DNA of 64,000 nt from contig NC_088802.1 in assembly GCF_011386835.1 (NCBI RefSeq), positions 1,674,001-1,738,000 of the forward strand, in the 5' to 3' direction. A program made the translations under genes and the position numbers. The notes beneath the pieces are model-generated. The model saw only the letters and a program-made list of their open reading frames with translations. It was not told the DNA's origin and did not search any database. Source of the stretch: Chrysemys picta bellii. Taxonomy: Eukaryota. This document shows, one piece after another, positions 32,255-44,900 of this stretch; within the stretch, counting starts at the first letter, position 1, and each line of letters opens with the position of its first letter.

Positions 32255-33642
32255 GAACCCAGGAGTCCGGGCTCCCAGCCCCACCCCCTGCTCTAACCCA
32301 CCAGCCCCCCACTCCCCCCCCCCGAGCCGCGAAGAGAACCCAGGAGTCCGGGCTCCCAGCCCCACCCCCTGCTCTAACCCACCAGCCCCCCACTCCCCTC
32401 CCAGAGCCGGGGAGAGAACCCAGGAGTCCGGGCTCCCAGCCCCCCCCGCTCTAACCCACCAGCCCCCCACTCCCCCCCCCCCGAGCCGGGAGAGAACCCA
32501 GGAGTCCGGGCTCCCAGCCCCCCTGCTCTAACCCACCAGCCCCCCCCTCCCCTCCCAGAGCCGGGAGAGAACCCAGGAGTCCGGGCTCCCAGCGCCCCAC
32601 CACCAGACCGTGCTCCCAAATAAAACAACTTTGACACTTTTTTCTTTTCTTTCCTTTTAATAAAAAAAAAGTTTTAAACAATCTAAAAACTGTTTGTAAG
32701 GATGTGGGGGGTGAGCCCCAGAGCCAGCGCGCCCCAGAGGGGAACAGCTCCATCGGTCAGCCCCCGCCCTGGGGCAAGAGGGGACCCGACACCCCCAGAG
32801 AGGACAGGTCCCGTCCCCGTCCGTCCCTCTCTAATTCCTAGTGGCTACATCTGCACTCAGCTGGCTGAAGGGTGCTAACCCAGTCTTGCTGCTGAAAGAA
32901 GAGATGGATAAAAGCCTACTACTACCAGCTACTGGAGAGCCCCCCCCCACCCGTGGCATTTCGCTCTGCGCATCCTGGGCTCCAATTCCCCCGCCGGGGA
33001 CGTCCGTTCTTTGGTTGCTGGGAAAACACACCCGGCTCTAACCTGGTAGCCCCCCTCCCCTCCCCTCCCTGAGCCCGGGACGGAACCCAGGGGTCCTGGC
33101 TCACAGCCCCTCCCCCGGCTCTAACCACCGGCCCCCACTCTCCTCCTAGAGCTGGGGAGAGAACCCAGGAGTCCTGGCTCCCAGCCCCCCCCCCCCGCTC
33201 TAACCACTACACCCCACTTCCCTCCCAGAGCTGGGAGACAACCCAGGAGTCCTGGTTCCCAGCCTCCCCCGCTCTAACCACTACACCCCACTTCCCTCCT
33301 AGAGCTGGGGAGAGAACCCAGGAGTCCTGGCTCCCAGCCACCCCCCCCGCTCTAACCACTACACCCCACTTCCCTCCCAGAGCTGGGGAGACAACCCAGG
33401 AGTCCTGGTTCCCAGCCTCCCCCGCTCTAACCACTACACCCCACTTCCCTCCTAGAGCTGGGGAGACAACCCAGGAGTCCTGGTTCCCAGACTCTCCCAC
33501 TCTAACCACTACACCCCACTTCCCTCCCGGAGCCAGGGAGAGAATCCAGGAGTCCTGGCTCCCAGCCACCCCCCTCCGCTCTGAGCACTAGCCCCCCCTC
33601 CCCTCCCAGCGCCGGAGGGGGAACCCAGGCGTCCGGCGCCCC

Positions 33643-34932
33643 CTAGGGCAGCAGGACGTTGATCTCGGAGACGCTGGCCTCCAGCACGTTCTCGGCGGTG
33701 GTCTTGCCGTGCTGCTCCTTGAGGTGGCGGCGGATGGCGGGCTTGTGGGCGAAGCGCACGTCGCAGTAGGAGCAGCGGTAGGGGCGCTGCCCGCTGTGCA
33801 GGTTCATGTGGTCGTGCAGGGTGGACTTCTGGGTGAAGCTCTTGCCGCAGACGGCGCAGGAGTGGGACTTCACGCCCCGGTGCACGTTCATGTGCCGGTT
33901 GAGGTTGCTGCTGTGGTTAAACTGCTTGCCGCAGCGCGGGCACATGAAGATGAAGTGCTGCGCCCGCATGTGGAACACCAGCTTCTCCACCCCCTGGAAG
34001 GCCTCCTCGCACTTGGCGCAGCGGATGCTGCGCAGCGGGTGGGGGCCCGCCGGCCCCCCGCGCCCGGCCGCGGGGCGCCCGCCGCCCTCCTCCGCGTAGG
34101 TGCCCCCCGGGAAGATGAGCAGCCCCTCGCCCTCGGCGTCCTCCGCCAGGCTGTAGCAGGCCTTGACCACGCCCTGCGGGGCCGGCTCGGGCGGCGCCGG
34201 CCCCTCGGCCACCGTGGAGTTCACCTGGGCCTCCTGCTGCTGCTCCTTGGCCCAGCCGGGCGGCGGGGACCCCTCCTTGGCCCAGGCCGCCGCCGCCTGC
34301 TGCTTCTTCTGCCGCTGGGCCACCTCCAGGGCCGACTCCACCTTGACGATGCAGATGTCGGAGACGCCGTCGTCGTCCCCGTAGTCCTCTTCCTCCTCCT
34401 CGTCCTTCAGCTCCAGTTCCTCCAGCTCCAGCTTGAGGGGCCAGGCCGGGAGGCGGTGGCGGGCCCGCTCCTGAGGCGAGGGGCCGGCCGGGGCCCGGGG
34501 GGCGCCCCCCTTGGCCGGGGGGGCGTCCTCCTTGAGGCCAATCTGGGGCTGGATGAACTGGGAGAGGGCGTTGCGGCACTTCTCCACCACGTGCTCCATC
34601 TGCAGGTAGCTGGCGGCCGTCAGGTAGTTGACGATGTCGCGCACGGCGAACTCCAGGGCGCCGGTGTAGCAGGAGAGCAGCAGGTCGGCCACGATCTTGG
34701 CGCTGTGCATGAGGGAGACCTGCAGCTCGGAGGAGGGGTTCAGCAGGAACTGGTCGCGCAGGAACGGGGAGCAGGCCGCCAGGATCACCTTGTGCCCCCG
34801 GAACTTCAGGCTCTCGGCCACGATGGTCACGTCGCAGAACCGCTCCTCCGAGCGTAGCTGGTTCATGTTGCGCAGCGTGGCCGCCTCGTGGCCCGGCAGC
34901 TGGAACCGCAGCAGCTCCACGCCCGACGCCAT
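33643..34932 (-). CDS. ZBTB12: Zinc finger and BTB domain protein 12, copy 2 (429 aa)
   Basis: Same ORF, one residue differs (GPVPP vs GPAPP). Confidence 0.95.
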   Translation of the reverse strand: MASGVELLRFQLPGHEAATLRNMNQLRSEERFCDVTIVAESLKFRGHKVILAACSPFLRDQFLLNPSSELQVSLMHSAKIVADLLLSCYTGALEFAVRDIVNYLTAASYLQMEHVVEKCRNALSQFIQPQIGLKEDAPPAKGGAPRAPAGPSPQERARHRLPAWPLKLELEELELKDEEEEEDYGDDDGVSDICIVKVESALEVAQRQKKQQAAAAWAKEGSPPPGWAKEQQQEAQVNSTVAEGPAPPEPAPQGVVKACYSLAEDAEGEGLLIFPGGTYAEEGGGRPAAGRGGPAGPHPLRSIRCAKCEEAFQGVEKLVFHMRAQHFIFMCPRCGKQFNHSSNLNRHMNVHRGVKSHSCAVCGKSFTQKSTLHDHMNLHSGQRPYRCSYCDVRFAHKPAIRRHLKEQHGKTTAENVLEASVSEINVLLP

Positions 34933-36993
34933 GCCGGGGGGCTGGAAGGGGGAGCCGGGGGGGCTCGGAGGAGTTGCGGGACTGGAGGGGGAGCCGGGGC
35001 CCTGGAAGGGGGAGCCAAGGGGAGTTGTGGGCTGGAAGGGGGAGCTCGGGGGCTGGAAGCGGAAGCTGGGGGGAGTTGTGGGTGGAGGGGGAGCCGGGGG
35101 GCCGGAAGGGGGAGCTGGGGGGACTTGTGGGGTGGAGGGGGAGCTGGGGGGCTGGAAGGGGAAGACAGGGGGAGTTGTGGGTGGAGGGGGAGCTGGGAGC
35201 CTGGAAGGGGAAGACAGGGGGAGTTGTGGGTGGAGGGGGAGCTGGGTGGCCGGGGGGAGTTGTGGGATGGAGGGGGAGCCGGGGGGCCGGAAGGGGGAGC
35301 TGGGGGGAGTTGTGGGTGAGGGGGAGCTGGAAGGGGGAGACAGGGGGAGTTGTGGGGTGGAAGGGGAGCCGGAAGGGAGAGCCGGGGGGGAATTGTGGGA
35401 GCTGGGGACCTGGAAGAGGGAGCCGGGAGGCGACTTGAGGTGAGGCCGGGCTGGAGGTAGACAGGAAGGACGGGGTTAGCTGAGGCTGGACACCCCCTTA
35501 CTGCCTTTCATGCTCCCCCCTTCACCCCCAGACCCTCGATCACACCCGGCCGGCCCACCCTGCCAGCCCCGGCTGCCTGCATGCCCCGCGCCCCACATCT
35601 GGGGGGTTCAGGCACCCACCTGAGCAGCTGCAAAGCAGCCCTGAACCCCCCTGGCCAGAGCTCCCCCATCGTGCCCCTCCCCCAATGCACCCCTCCCCCA
35701 CTGCACTCACCCCCTGCTCCCCCACTGCACCCACCCCTGCTCCCCTCCCCTAATGCACCCCTCCCCCATTGCACTCACCCCCTGCTCCCCCACTACACCC
35801 ACCCCTGCTCCCCTCCCCTAATGCACCCCTCCCCCATTGCACTCACCCCCTGCACCCCCACTACACCCACCCCTGCTCCCCTCCCCTAATGCACCCCTCC
35901 CCCATTGCACTCACCCCCTGCACCCCTCCATCCCACCCCCTGCCCCATTGCACACCCCCACTGCGTCCCTCCCCTAATGCACTCCTCCCCCATTGCACTC
36001 ACCCCCTGCTCCCCCATTGCACCCATCCCTGCTCCCCTCCCCCATTGCACCCCCCCACTGCGTCCCTCCCCAATGCACCCCTCCCCCATCGCAGCCAGCC
36101 TCCCGCACCCCTCCCCCATTGCACCCCTCCCCCACTGCGCCCCTCCCTACTCCCCGGGGCCCCCCCTCACCTGCAGGCGGCCGCGGGTCCCGGCCCCCCG
36201 GGGTTTCCGCCCCTCGCTTCGCTTTGGGGGTTTGGGGGTTTTTCTATTTTTGCACAAGGAGCCAACTCCAGAGAAAGGGAATTAAAGGGGCCAGGCGAGG
36301 CGAGGGGCCCTTAAAGGGGCAGGACCCCGCGGGAGGGATTATTGTCCGCCAGATGAAAAGTAAACGGCGAAGGGAGGGGAGAGGACAATGAGGGGGGGAT
36401 TGGCAGCCCCACCGCCCTGGTGCATTGTGGGATACGGGGGTGCGTGAGCGGAGGTGGCCCCAGTGCATCATGGGAGATGGGGGTGCGTGGGGGGAGGCAG
36501 CCCTGGTCCATCGTGGGAGATGGGGGTGCGTGGAGGGGCAAGGCCCCGGTGCATTATGGGATACCCGGGTGCGTGGGGGGGGTGGAGGCCCGGTGCATCG
36601 TGGGTTATGGGGGTGCGTTGGGGGGAGGCCCGGTGCATCGTGGGATATGGGGGTGCGTTGGGGGGAGGTGGCTCTGGTGCATCGTGGGATATGGGGGTGC
36701 GTGGGGGGGTGGAGGCCCGGTGCATCATGGGATATGGGGGTGCGTTGGGGGGAGGCCCGGTGCATCATGGGATATGGGGGTGCGTTGGGGGGAGGCGGCT
36801 CTGGTGCATCGTGGGATATGGGGGTGCGTTGGGGGGAGGCAGCCCCAGTGTGAAACAGGGGTATGTGTGGGGAGGTGGCCCCGGTACATCATGGGATACA
36901 GGGGATTGTTGGGGGGGATGCAGCCCCAGTGCATTGTGGGATATGGGCAGCGTAGGGGGAGGCGGCCACAGTGTATAGTGGGATATGGGGGTG

Positions 36994-37522
36994 TGTCAGG
37001 GAGTCCCCAGGCGATGCTCTGGAACTGCTCCCCACAAAGCCAGTCAGGACTTTGGGGAACCTCCTCTCCCTCGGAGCAGACTGTCTTCAGGGCAAGAAGC
37101 TCACACGGCTTCACCTCCTGGGTCTGACCTTGGAGCATTCAGCATCTGCCCCTCCGTGCGCTTCCCACAGCGAGTCCGTCCAGGCGGGGTCCTGGGGAAG
37201 CCAGAGGGTCCTGCACCCCCACTTCGCAGTCAGACGTGACTCTCAGCCAGCCCGTAACACAGAAGGTTTATTAGACGACAGGAACACGGCGTAGGGCAGA
37301 GCTTGTAGGTACAGAGACCAGGACCCCGCAGTCAGGTCCATTGTGGGGGCCAGGGAGCCCAGAGCTGCATCTGGGCCCCACTCCATTTCCCCAGCCAGCT
37401 CCAAACTGAAACGCTCACACACCCTTACCCCACCACCTAGAGACTTAAGAAATGCAAAGGGGAAACTGAGGCACTCACACAGTATTCAGAGAAAACATTA
37501 AGAACATTCCCACTTCGTCACA
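36994..37522 (-). mobile_element. Solo LTR (family B), counterpart of 15118-15638
   Basis: TSD GGGTG. Confidence 0.9.
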
Positions 37523-38649
37523 GGGTGCGTGTGGGGTGGAGGCCCTGGTGCATCATAGAATATGGGGGTGCGTTGGGGGGAGGCAGCCCCGGTGCATCAT
37601 GGGAGACGTGGGGAGGTGGCCCTGGTGGATTGTGGGAAATAGGGGTGTTGGGGGAAGGCGGCCCTGGTGCACCATGGAATATGGGGGTGGGGGGTTGCGC
37701 AGCCCCAGTGCATTGTGGCATACGGGGGTGGGGGGGAGGTGGCCCTGGTGCATCATGGGAGACGGGGGTGCGTGGGGGGGACGCAGTCCTGGTGCATACT
37801 GGGGGTGCGTGGGGGGGCAGCCCCAGTGCATTGTGGGAGCTGGGGGCACTTGGGGATTGGCTGGCTACCTCTCTCTCCAGGGGCCCCTTTAATTCCCCCT
37901 CGCCATCCTCCCCTTTAAGAACAGTGACGTCATCATGCGGCGCCAAGCACCAGATGGGCGGGGGGGGGACGAGGGAAATTTTTTACCCATAAAATCACCA
38001 TGGAAACCACCCCCCCCACACACACATGTGCCTCTCCCCCATCTCCCGGTCTGAAGTGGGGGGAGTGGGGGCCCGGACTCCTGGGTTCTCTCCCTGGCTC
38101 TGGGAGGGGAGTGGGGCTGGTGGTTAGAGCAGGACTCCTGGGTTCTCTCCGGGTGGGGGTGGGGAGTGGGGGCTGGCGGTTAGAGCAGATGGGGGGGGGC
38201 AGGACTCCTGGGTCCTCTCCGGGTGGGGGCTGGTGGTTAGAGCAGACGGGGGGGCAGGACTCCTGGGTTCTCTCTGGGTGGGGGTGGGGAGTGGGGGCTG
38301 GTGGTTAGAGCAGACGGGGGGGGGCAGGACTCCTGGGTTCTCTCTGGGCGGGGGTGGGGAGTGGGGGCTGGTGGTTAGAGCAGACGCGGGGGCAGGACTC
38401 CTGGGTTCTCTCCGGGCGGGGGTGGGAAGTGGGGGCTGGTGGTTAGAGCAGAAGGGTGGGCAGGACTCCTGGGTTCTCTGAGGGCGGGGAGTGGAGGCTG
38501 GTGGTTAGAGCAGACGGGGGGGCGGGGCCCGGACTCCTGGGTTCTCTCCAGGCGGGGGCAGGGAAAGGGGGCTGGTGATTAGAGCAGACGGGGGGGCCCG
38601 GACTCCTGGGTTCTCTCCGGGCAGGGGCGGGGCCGCGGGACTGGCTCGG

Positions 38650-38943
38650 GGCTCACTAATCCTGTACCCATTAACCGGGGAGCCGGGAAATGAGCCGTTG
38701 TTTGTGCAGCCCCGTGTGTGTCACCAAAACAAACAGCCCCTGACCCCAGGGCTGCAAGGCCAGACCGCCCCAGGGGGGCACCGGCCCTTCCCCCTAGGGA
38801 GCGCTGCCAGCCTGAGCCCAGCCCTATCGCCTGGGGGGGGGAGGGGCCCACGGCTGGACCTGGCCCTGGCACCGCGGGGGAGGCTCCCCATAGCAGAGCC
38901 GCCAGGCCAGGAGCAGGTGCGCGGGTCCCCCCCAGGACCCACC
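38650..38943 (+). promoter_or_regulatory. C2 proximal promoter candidate (FOXA-like TGTTTGT 38699, AAACAAACA ~38727, DR1-like TGGACCTGGCCC 38855); mirror ~13378-13680
   Basis: Motif matches by eye upstream of ATG; function inferred. Confidence 0.35.
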
Positions 38944-38989
38944 ATGGCCCCCTCCCTCTGCACCCTTCTGCTGCTCGCCCTCTGCCCAG
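38944..38989 (+). CDS. C2: C2 right exon 1
   Basis: 46 nt [15 protein letters not shown], ccaccATGG context, GT donor. Confidence 0.9.
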
Positions 38990-41900
38990 GTACGGGGGGG
39001 GGGGGGATGGAGCCCCCCAGGGACGGGGCAAGCGAGGGCGCGGAGGGAGTTCGGGGAGGTCGAGCTGCGTGCGGGGGGGGGGCGAAATGTCCTCCCTGCA
39101 CTCGTTCATTGGGCCTGTTTCTCGTTCCCCTTTTCCTGTCCCCCCATCCTGCAGCCCCTCCCTCCCGGCTTCTGCCTCCATCCCTCTCCCCTTTTCCTTC
39201 CCCTCTCGCAAGCCATATGTCCTTTCTTTCTTTCTTTCTTTCTCGGGCTCTTCTCCCCTCTCTCTCTCTCTCTTGTTTTTTCCCTTCCTTCTCTCTCATC
39301 TCTGCTCTTTTTGTCTCATTCTCTCTCTCCCTTTCCCCCCGAATCTCTCTCTCTCCTCCCTGGGGCCTTGCGTTCATTCCTGCTTGTTTCCCCTCTCCCC
39401 CAGGTGCCTGGGCGCAGCCCCCCGAGGAGGCAGCGCCCTCCTGTGGCCAGGACGTGGCCATCCGCAATGGCACGTTCGCCCTGTCGGACGGGTACCGCCC
39501 GGGCAGTGTGCTCACCTACTCCTGCCCCCCGGGCTTCTACCCCTACCCGCTGGGCAGCCGTCTCTGCCAGGACGACGGGCGCTGGACCACGCTCCGCACC
39601 CCCACCGGCTCCGTCTTCCCCCAGCCGCTCTGCCGAGGTACGGGGTGCCCGGACACCGGGGTTCTCTGGGAGGGGAGTGGGGGCTAGTGTTTAGAGCAGA
39701 GTGGGGGTTGGGGGTCAGGACTCCTGGGTTCAATCCCCGGCTCTGGGAGGGGAGTAGGGTCTAGTGGGGCATGGGGGCCAGGAGCCAGAACTCCTGGGTT
39801 CTCTCCACTCTGGTTCTGTTCTGGTTTCAGAGATCCGCTGCCCGGCGCAACTGGCGTTCGAGAACGGCTCGTTCCAGCCACGCCGGGCGTCCTACCCCGT
39901 GGGCAGCATCCTGACCTTCGAGTGCCTGGACGGGTACATGCTGCGGGGGCCGGCCCAGCGCACCTGCCAGGAGAACGGGCACTGGGACGGGGGCACCCCC
40001 GCCTGCGACGATGGAGGTGAGACCCCCTTATCCCCCTGCACCCCCATATCTCCTTGAGAGCCCCATCCCCCTGTGCCCCCATATCCCCTGAGAGCCCCCC
40101 CATTTCCCCTCTGCCCCATATCCCCCTGCGCCCCCAAGACCTCCCTGAGCCCCCATTGCACCCCTGAGAGCCCCCCATTTCCCCCGTATCCCCATATCTC
40201 CCTGCGCCCCCGAGAGCCCCCATACCCCCTGTATGCCCCAAGCACCCCCATGTCCCCAGGGAGCTCAGGGGTGGAGGTGGCTCCTGGGGGGTTGGAGACT
40301 GAGGGATTCGGGGGCCGTTCTCACCTCTCTCTCCCCCCAGCTGAGCACTGCCCCAACCCCGGGGTGCCGGCCGGGACGACGAAGAGCGGCAGCCGGTACC
40401 GGCTGGGCGAGCGGGTCTCCTACCGCTGCCAGGCAGGGCTGTCTCTGGTGGGGTCCGCGCAGCGCGTCTGCACTGAGGCTGGGGAGTGGTCGGGGGCCGA
40501 GCCCAGCTGCAGAGGTGAGTGATTCCCCCCGACCCCCACCGCCATTCCTGGCCCAGGGCTCCCCCTTCTGGCCCTCCACCCCCTCCAGGTTCCCCCACCC
40601 CTGGGGCTCCTTCACACACCTCCACAACTCTCCCCCCACCTGCCCAGGGTCCCCCTCCCCATCTCTCCTTGACCCTCGGTCTCCCCCCGACCTCCGGCGC
40701 CGTGTTCCCCGCTGCCTGGCTAACAGGGGCCCCGCTTCCCCCTGTCCGCGCAGCCCCTTTCTCCTACGACCGGGTGGAGGACGTCGGGGCCGAGTTCGGA
40801 GCCTCCTTCTCCAACGTCTTGGGCCTGGCCAGCTCCTCGGCCTCCTCCGGCCTCAACGCCTCCATCATAAAGCCACGTGAGTCTGCCTGGGAGCGTGAGG
40901 GGAGGCAGGCCCTGGGGGGATTCTGACGGGGTGGGGACCAAGGGGAGAGGGTGGTCTCTGCAGGGCGATGAGGATGCAGTGGGGGCGGAAGTCCAAGAGA
41001 TGGGGGTGGCAAGAGGCAGTGGGGAGAGGAGGGAATTGAGGGAGTGTGGGTTGGTACTAAGGGGTGTAAGGGAGGTGGGGCACACGGGGGGATCCCTCTC
41101 CCCAGGATGTTGCGGATGACCTCTCCCGGTTCCCCTGCCCAGCAACGTTCGTGGGCCGCAGGCTCATTCTTAGCGAGGACAGCGTCGTTAATATCTACCT
41201 GCTGGTGGACTCCTCAAAGAGCGTCAACAAAGAAAGCTTCCAGATCTTCAAGGAATGGGTGGAGAACATTGTGGACCGGGTGAGTCCGGGGTGGGGGCGG
41301 CAGCTCCGCTGTCAGGGACTATGTTTCAGCATTGGTTCTAAGCCCCTCAACACCAGCCATGGCCGCTGTGATTTCTAGGGGTGTCTACAATAGTACGGGG
41401 CACCTCAATGTCTGTTGTGGATGCTGCAAGTTCTAGGTCCTTGTATGTCAGCTCAAAGGTTCTTCACTGCCAGACATGGATGACACAAGTTCTGTGCACA
41501 TGCATGCTGGTTCTAGGTACATCAACACCAGCCATGGACTCTGCAAGTTCTAGAGGCTTGTGTGCAGGCGCTATATATCACAGGCCAGCCATGAATGCTA
41601 CAGGTTCTAGATGCCTGCATGCCTGTTCCAGGTATCTCAATAGTAGCCTTGGGCACTGCAAATTGTAGCTTCTCCCACATCTGATCTAGGTATTTCAGTG
41701 CCAACAATGAGAGCTGCAAGTTGTAGGGGCCTGTACCCCAGTTCTAGGAATCTCGCTGCTGCAAGCTGTCGTGGAGTGTGGGGGAACTCAGGGCCCTGCA
41801 CCCCCGGCTTCCTGCGATTCAACCTGACTCTCAGCCAGCCAGTAAAGCAGAAGGTTTATTTAGACAACAGGAATACAGTCCAAGACAGGTCTTGCAGGCA

Positions 41901-44900
41901 CAGACAACAGGACCCCCCCTCAGTTAGGTCCATCTTGGGGTCCCAGGGCCCCACAGTCCCCTTGGGAGGTCAGAGCCCTGTCTGCCTCCCAGCCATGTCA
42001 CCAGCCAGCTCCTGAAACTCTCCCTTCAGCGACCCCTCCCACAGCCTTTGTTCAGTTTCCCGGGCAAAGGTGTCACCTGGCCTCTAACCCCTTCCTGGGT
42101 TCTCATGTTACATGCTCAGGTATTCTCCGTCGGTCAGTCTCCGATCCCGCAATGCAGACTATCCTAGCCACACTCCCCTGTCAGCATTCACAGACCACAG
42201 TAAGAACAGTCCCAGTTCGTCACACAAGCTCTAGGTGCCCACGCTGCCCAGGATTGGTCCTGTTTTGAGCAGGGGGTTGGACTAGATGACTTTCTGAGGT
42301 CCCTTCCAAGCCTGATATTCTATGATTCTATGATATGCTGATTCTACCTACAATGACACCTTATGGACATTGCAAGCTCTAGGTATCACCGCCTTGGTTC
42401 TAGGTTCTTCAATACCAGCCACACGTGCTGCAAATTCTAGGTGTCTCAGTGTTGGGTTTAGGTGCCTCAGTACCTGCTCTGGGCCCCTCAGCACTGGGTC
42501 TAGGTGTCTCTCATTGCCAGAGCTCACTTTCCTGTTCTTTCTCATATGCTGTTCTCCTCTTCCTCCCTCCCTATCTCTCACCCGTTCCAGATTGCCAGCT
42601 TTGAAGTAGCGTCCAGCTTTGCTGTGATCTCCTACGCCACCAAGCCCAAGAAAATCGTTTCCATTTATGATCCCGAAGCTTCTGACGCGGATGTGGTTAT
42701 CGGAAAGATAAAGACGGGGATGAATTTTCAAGGTCCTGCATGCTTCCTCTTCACGGAGCCTCCCTAATGCATGGGGGTCTTGGGCTGTCAATACCACTCA
42801 CACCCAGTATTAGGTGTCTCAGGACCCTGGATATTACTTGGGTTCTAGGTGCCTCAACATCTGCTTTCAGATTGGGAGATGGACGGTGGTGGTGTCGTCA
42901 AGCCAGTAATAAACTATCATTAGGGTTTCTAAAAATAATAGAATGTAACTTGCTAACTCAGAAAGTATCACACCCACCATGAACTAACTCTATTTTGGAT
43001 CTTACTATGACAGATAAAGAGGAATTGATCACTGGACTGCAAGTTGGTGGTTGCCTAGAGACCAGTGATCGTGACCTGATTGCATTCAATATGAGCAAAC
43101 AGAGACAGTCCCAGATGGAAATATATATATTTAGTGCTTCAAGAGAACTCATTTCCCCAACCTAAGGAAAATGCAGAGTGAAATTGAGTGGGAGGAAATG
43201 TTAAGTTCTAGGTGCTTCAGTACCAGCCCTTAATCTCACTAGAATTTTAGTTGCCTCAACACTAGTCCAGGGCACTGTCAGTTCTTGATGACTTAGCATC
43301 ACTTGTGGACACTATTGGTTTTAGGCACCTCAACCCCAGTCACAGGCATTGTTGGTTCTAGATGCCTCAACATGCATCATGGGGATTATAGGTTCTAGGT
43401 GCCTCAATGGACGCACCTCCTTTAGATGCATCAACACCAGCAGAGACGACCCATGCCTGCTGATGGGGGAGGGGCAGAGCGAGGGCAGCTGGCTTCAGCA
43501 GTGTTACTGAGCATACTCAGTCCATGTGAGCATGCTCTGTCCAAGCCAAGCAGCAAATCTGGGGGGTGGAAGGAACGTGATCCCACATGCCCCCTCACGC
43601 ATCACCTCTGGAATTCAGCTCTAGATAGATCTATTCCATCTATTGTCATTACTGGCTCTAGGCTCCCCCACATGGGTTTGAGATGCTTCACTATATCCTG
43701 GGTTCTAGGTGCTTTAGCACCAGTTCTAGGTATGTGGGGTATTTTATCCTTTTGCAGATCATGGCAACGGGACTGGAACCAACATCCGAGCGGCGCTGCT
43801 GGAGGTGTATAACATGATCCTGTTCCAGCAGCAGTCCTTTGACCGGCAGGGCAAGCCAGATGTGTGGAAGAAAATCCGGCATGCCATCATTGTGCTGACA
43901 GATGGTGAGGAGTGACTGTTCCATTCTTGGGGGGCCAGGAAAAGGGTTATCTGATCCCCACTCTCAGTGGGTGCAGGTCAAGCTTCCCAACTGCATAGCC
44001 CCTTGTCAAAGGGCCCCTATCTTGGGGCCAGGGAATGGGTCATATCTGCTAACCCATAGGATGTTGTTTCAGGCAAATACAACATGGGAGGATCCCCCAA
44101 GGATGCAGTAGACAAGATAGAAGGGGTCCTAGAGATCAAGCCAGACAGGAAAGACTACCTAGGTGAGTCTGCCAACACCCTTGGGTCCATTCCACATGCC
44201 AGTGATAGTTGCAGTCCTTCATTGATGTGATCTACCTGTTCTAGGTGCCTTAATGCCGGTTCTAGGTGCTTCATGTGACGTTGTGCAGTCTATATGGTTT
44301 TATAAAAACATAAGAAGAAGTGAATATAATGTAACTGGAATAGTTTTATAAAAATATGATAAGTGAATATAATGTAACTGGAATATGATTCATGCAAAAA
44401 GTCTCTTGTAAGGTATCATTACAAAACTTATAATCTAATGAGTGTGATCATCACATTTGTATAAAGGTACCACTCTTGTATCTAAAACTAGAAATATAAA
44501 ATGTAACTCTGAAGGCCTATTGTAATTATGCGAAGTGTGGGCCATTAATGATGGTTTGGAATCTTGATGACTCCCATTAACCAGGACCATTGTCTGCAAA
44601 TGGCTGTGTTTACCCGTAAGTCTCCCTGTATACCTGTGTGCTGGCAAGTGAGCAATGAAGTCTTGCAGTGACATGTGATCATGTCACCTGAACTGGAATC
44701 CATCTTTAACCTGGTGCTTTTCCAGTGAGGGAGGGTGGAAACCCAGAGGGACAAAGGGTTCCCACCTTATGCAAAAGATATATAAAGGGGTGGAACAGAA
44801 CAAGGGAGAGAGGAGCCATCATGAAGAATCCCCTAGCTATCACGTGAGCTGCAACAAGAGCTGTACCAGGGGAAAGGATTGTGCCCAGGCCTGGAAGGGG

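Noticed and set aside
20544-32393. 3949-aa Pro-rich ORF on minus strand
   Set aside because: Runs through the satellite and the N gap; the C-rich strand almost lacks stop triplets by composition, so it stays open without coding significance
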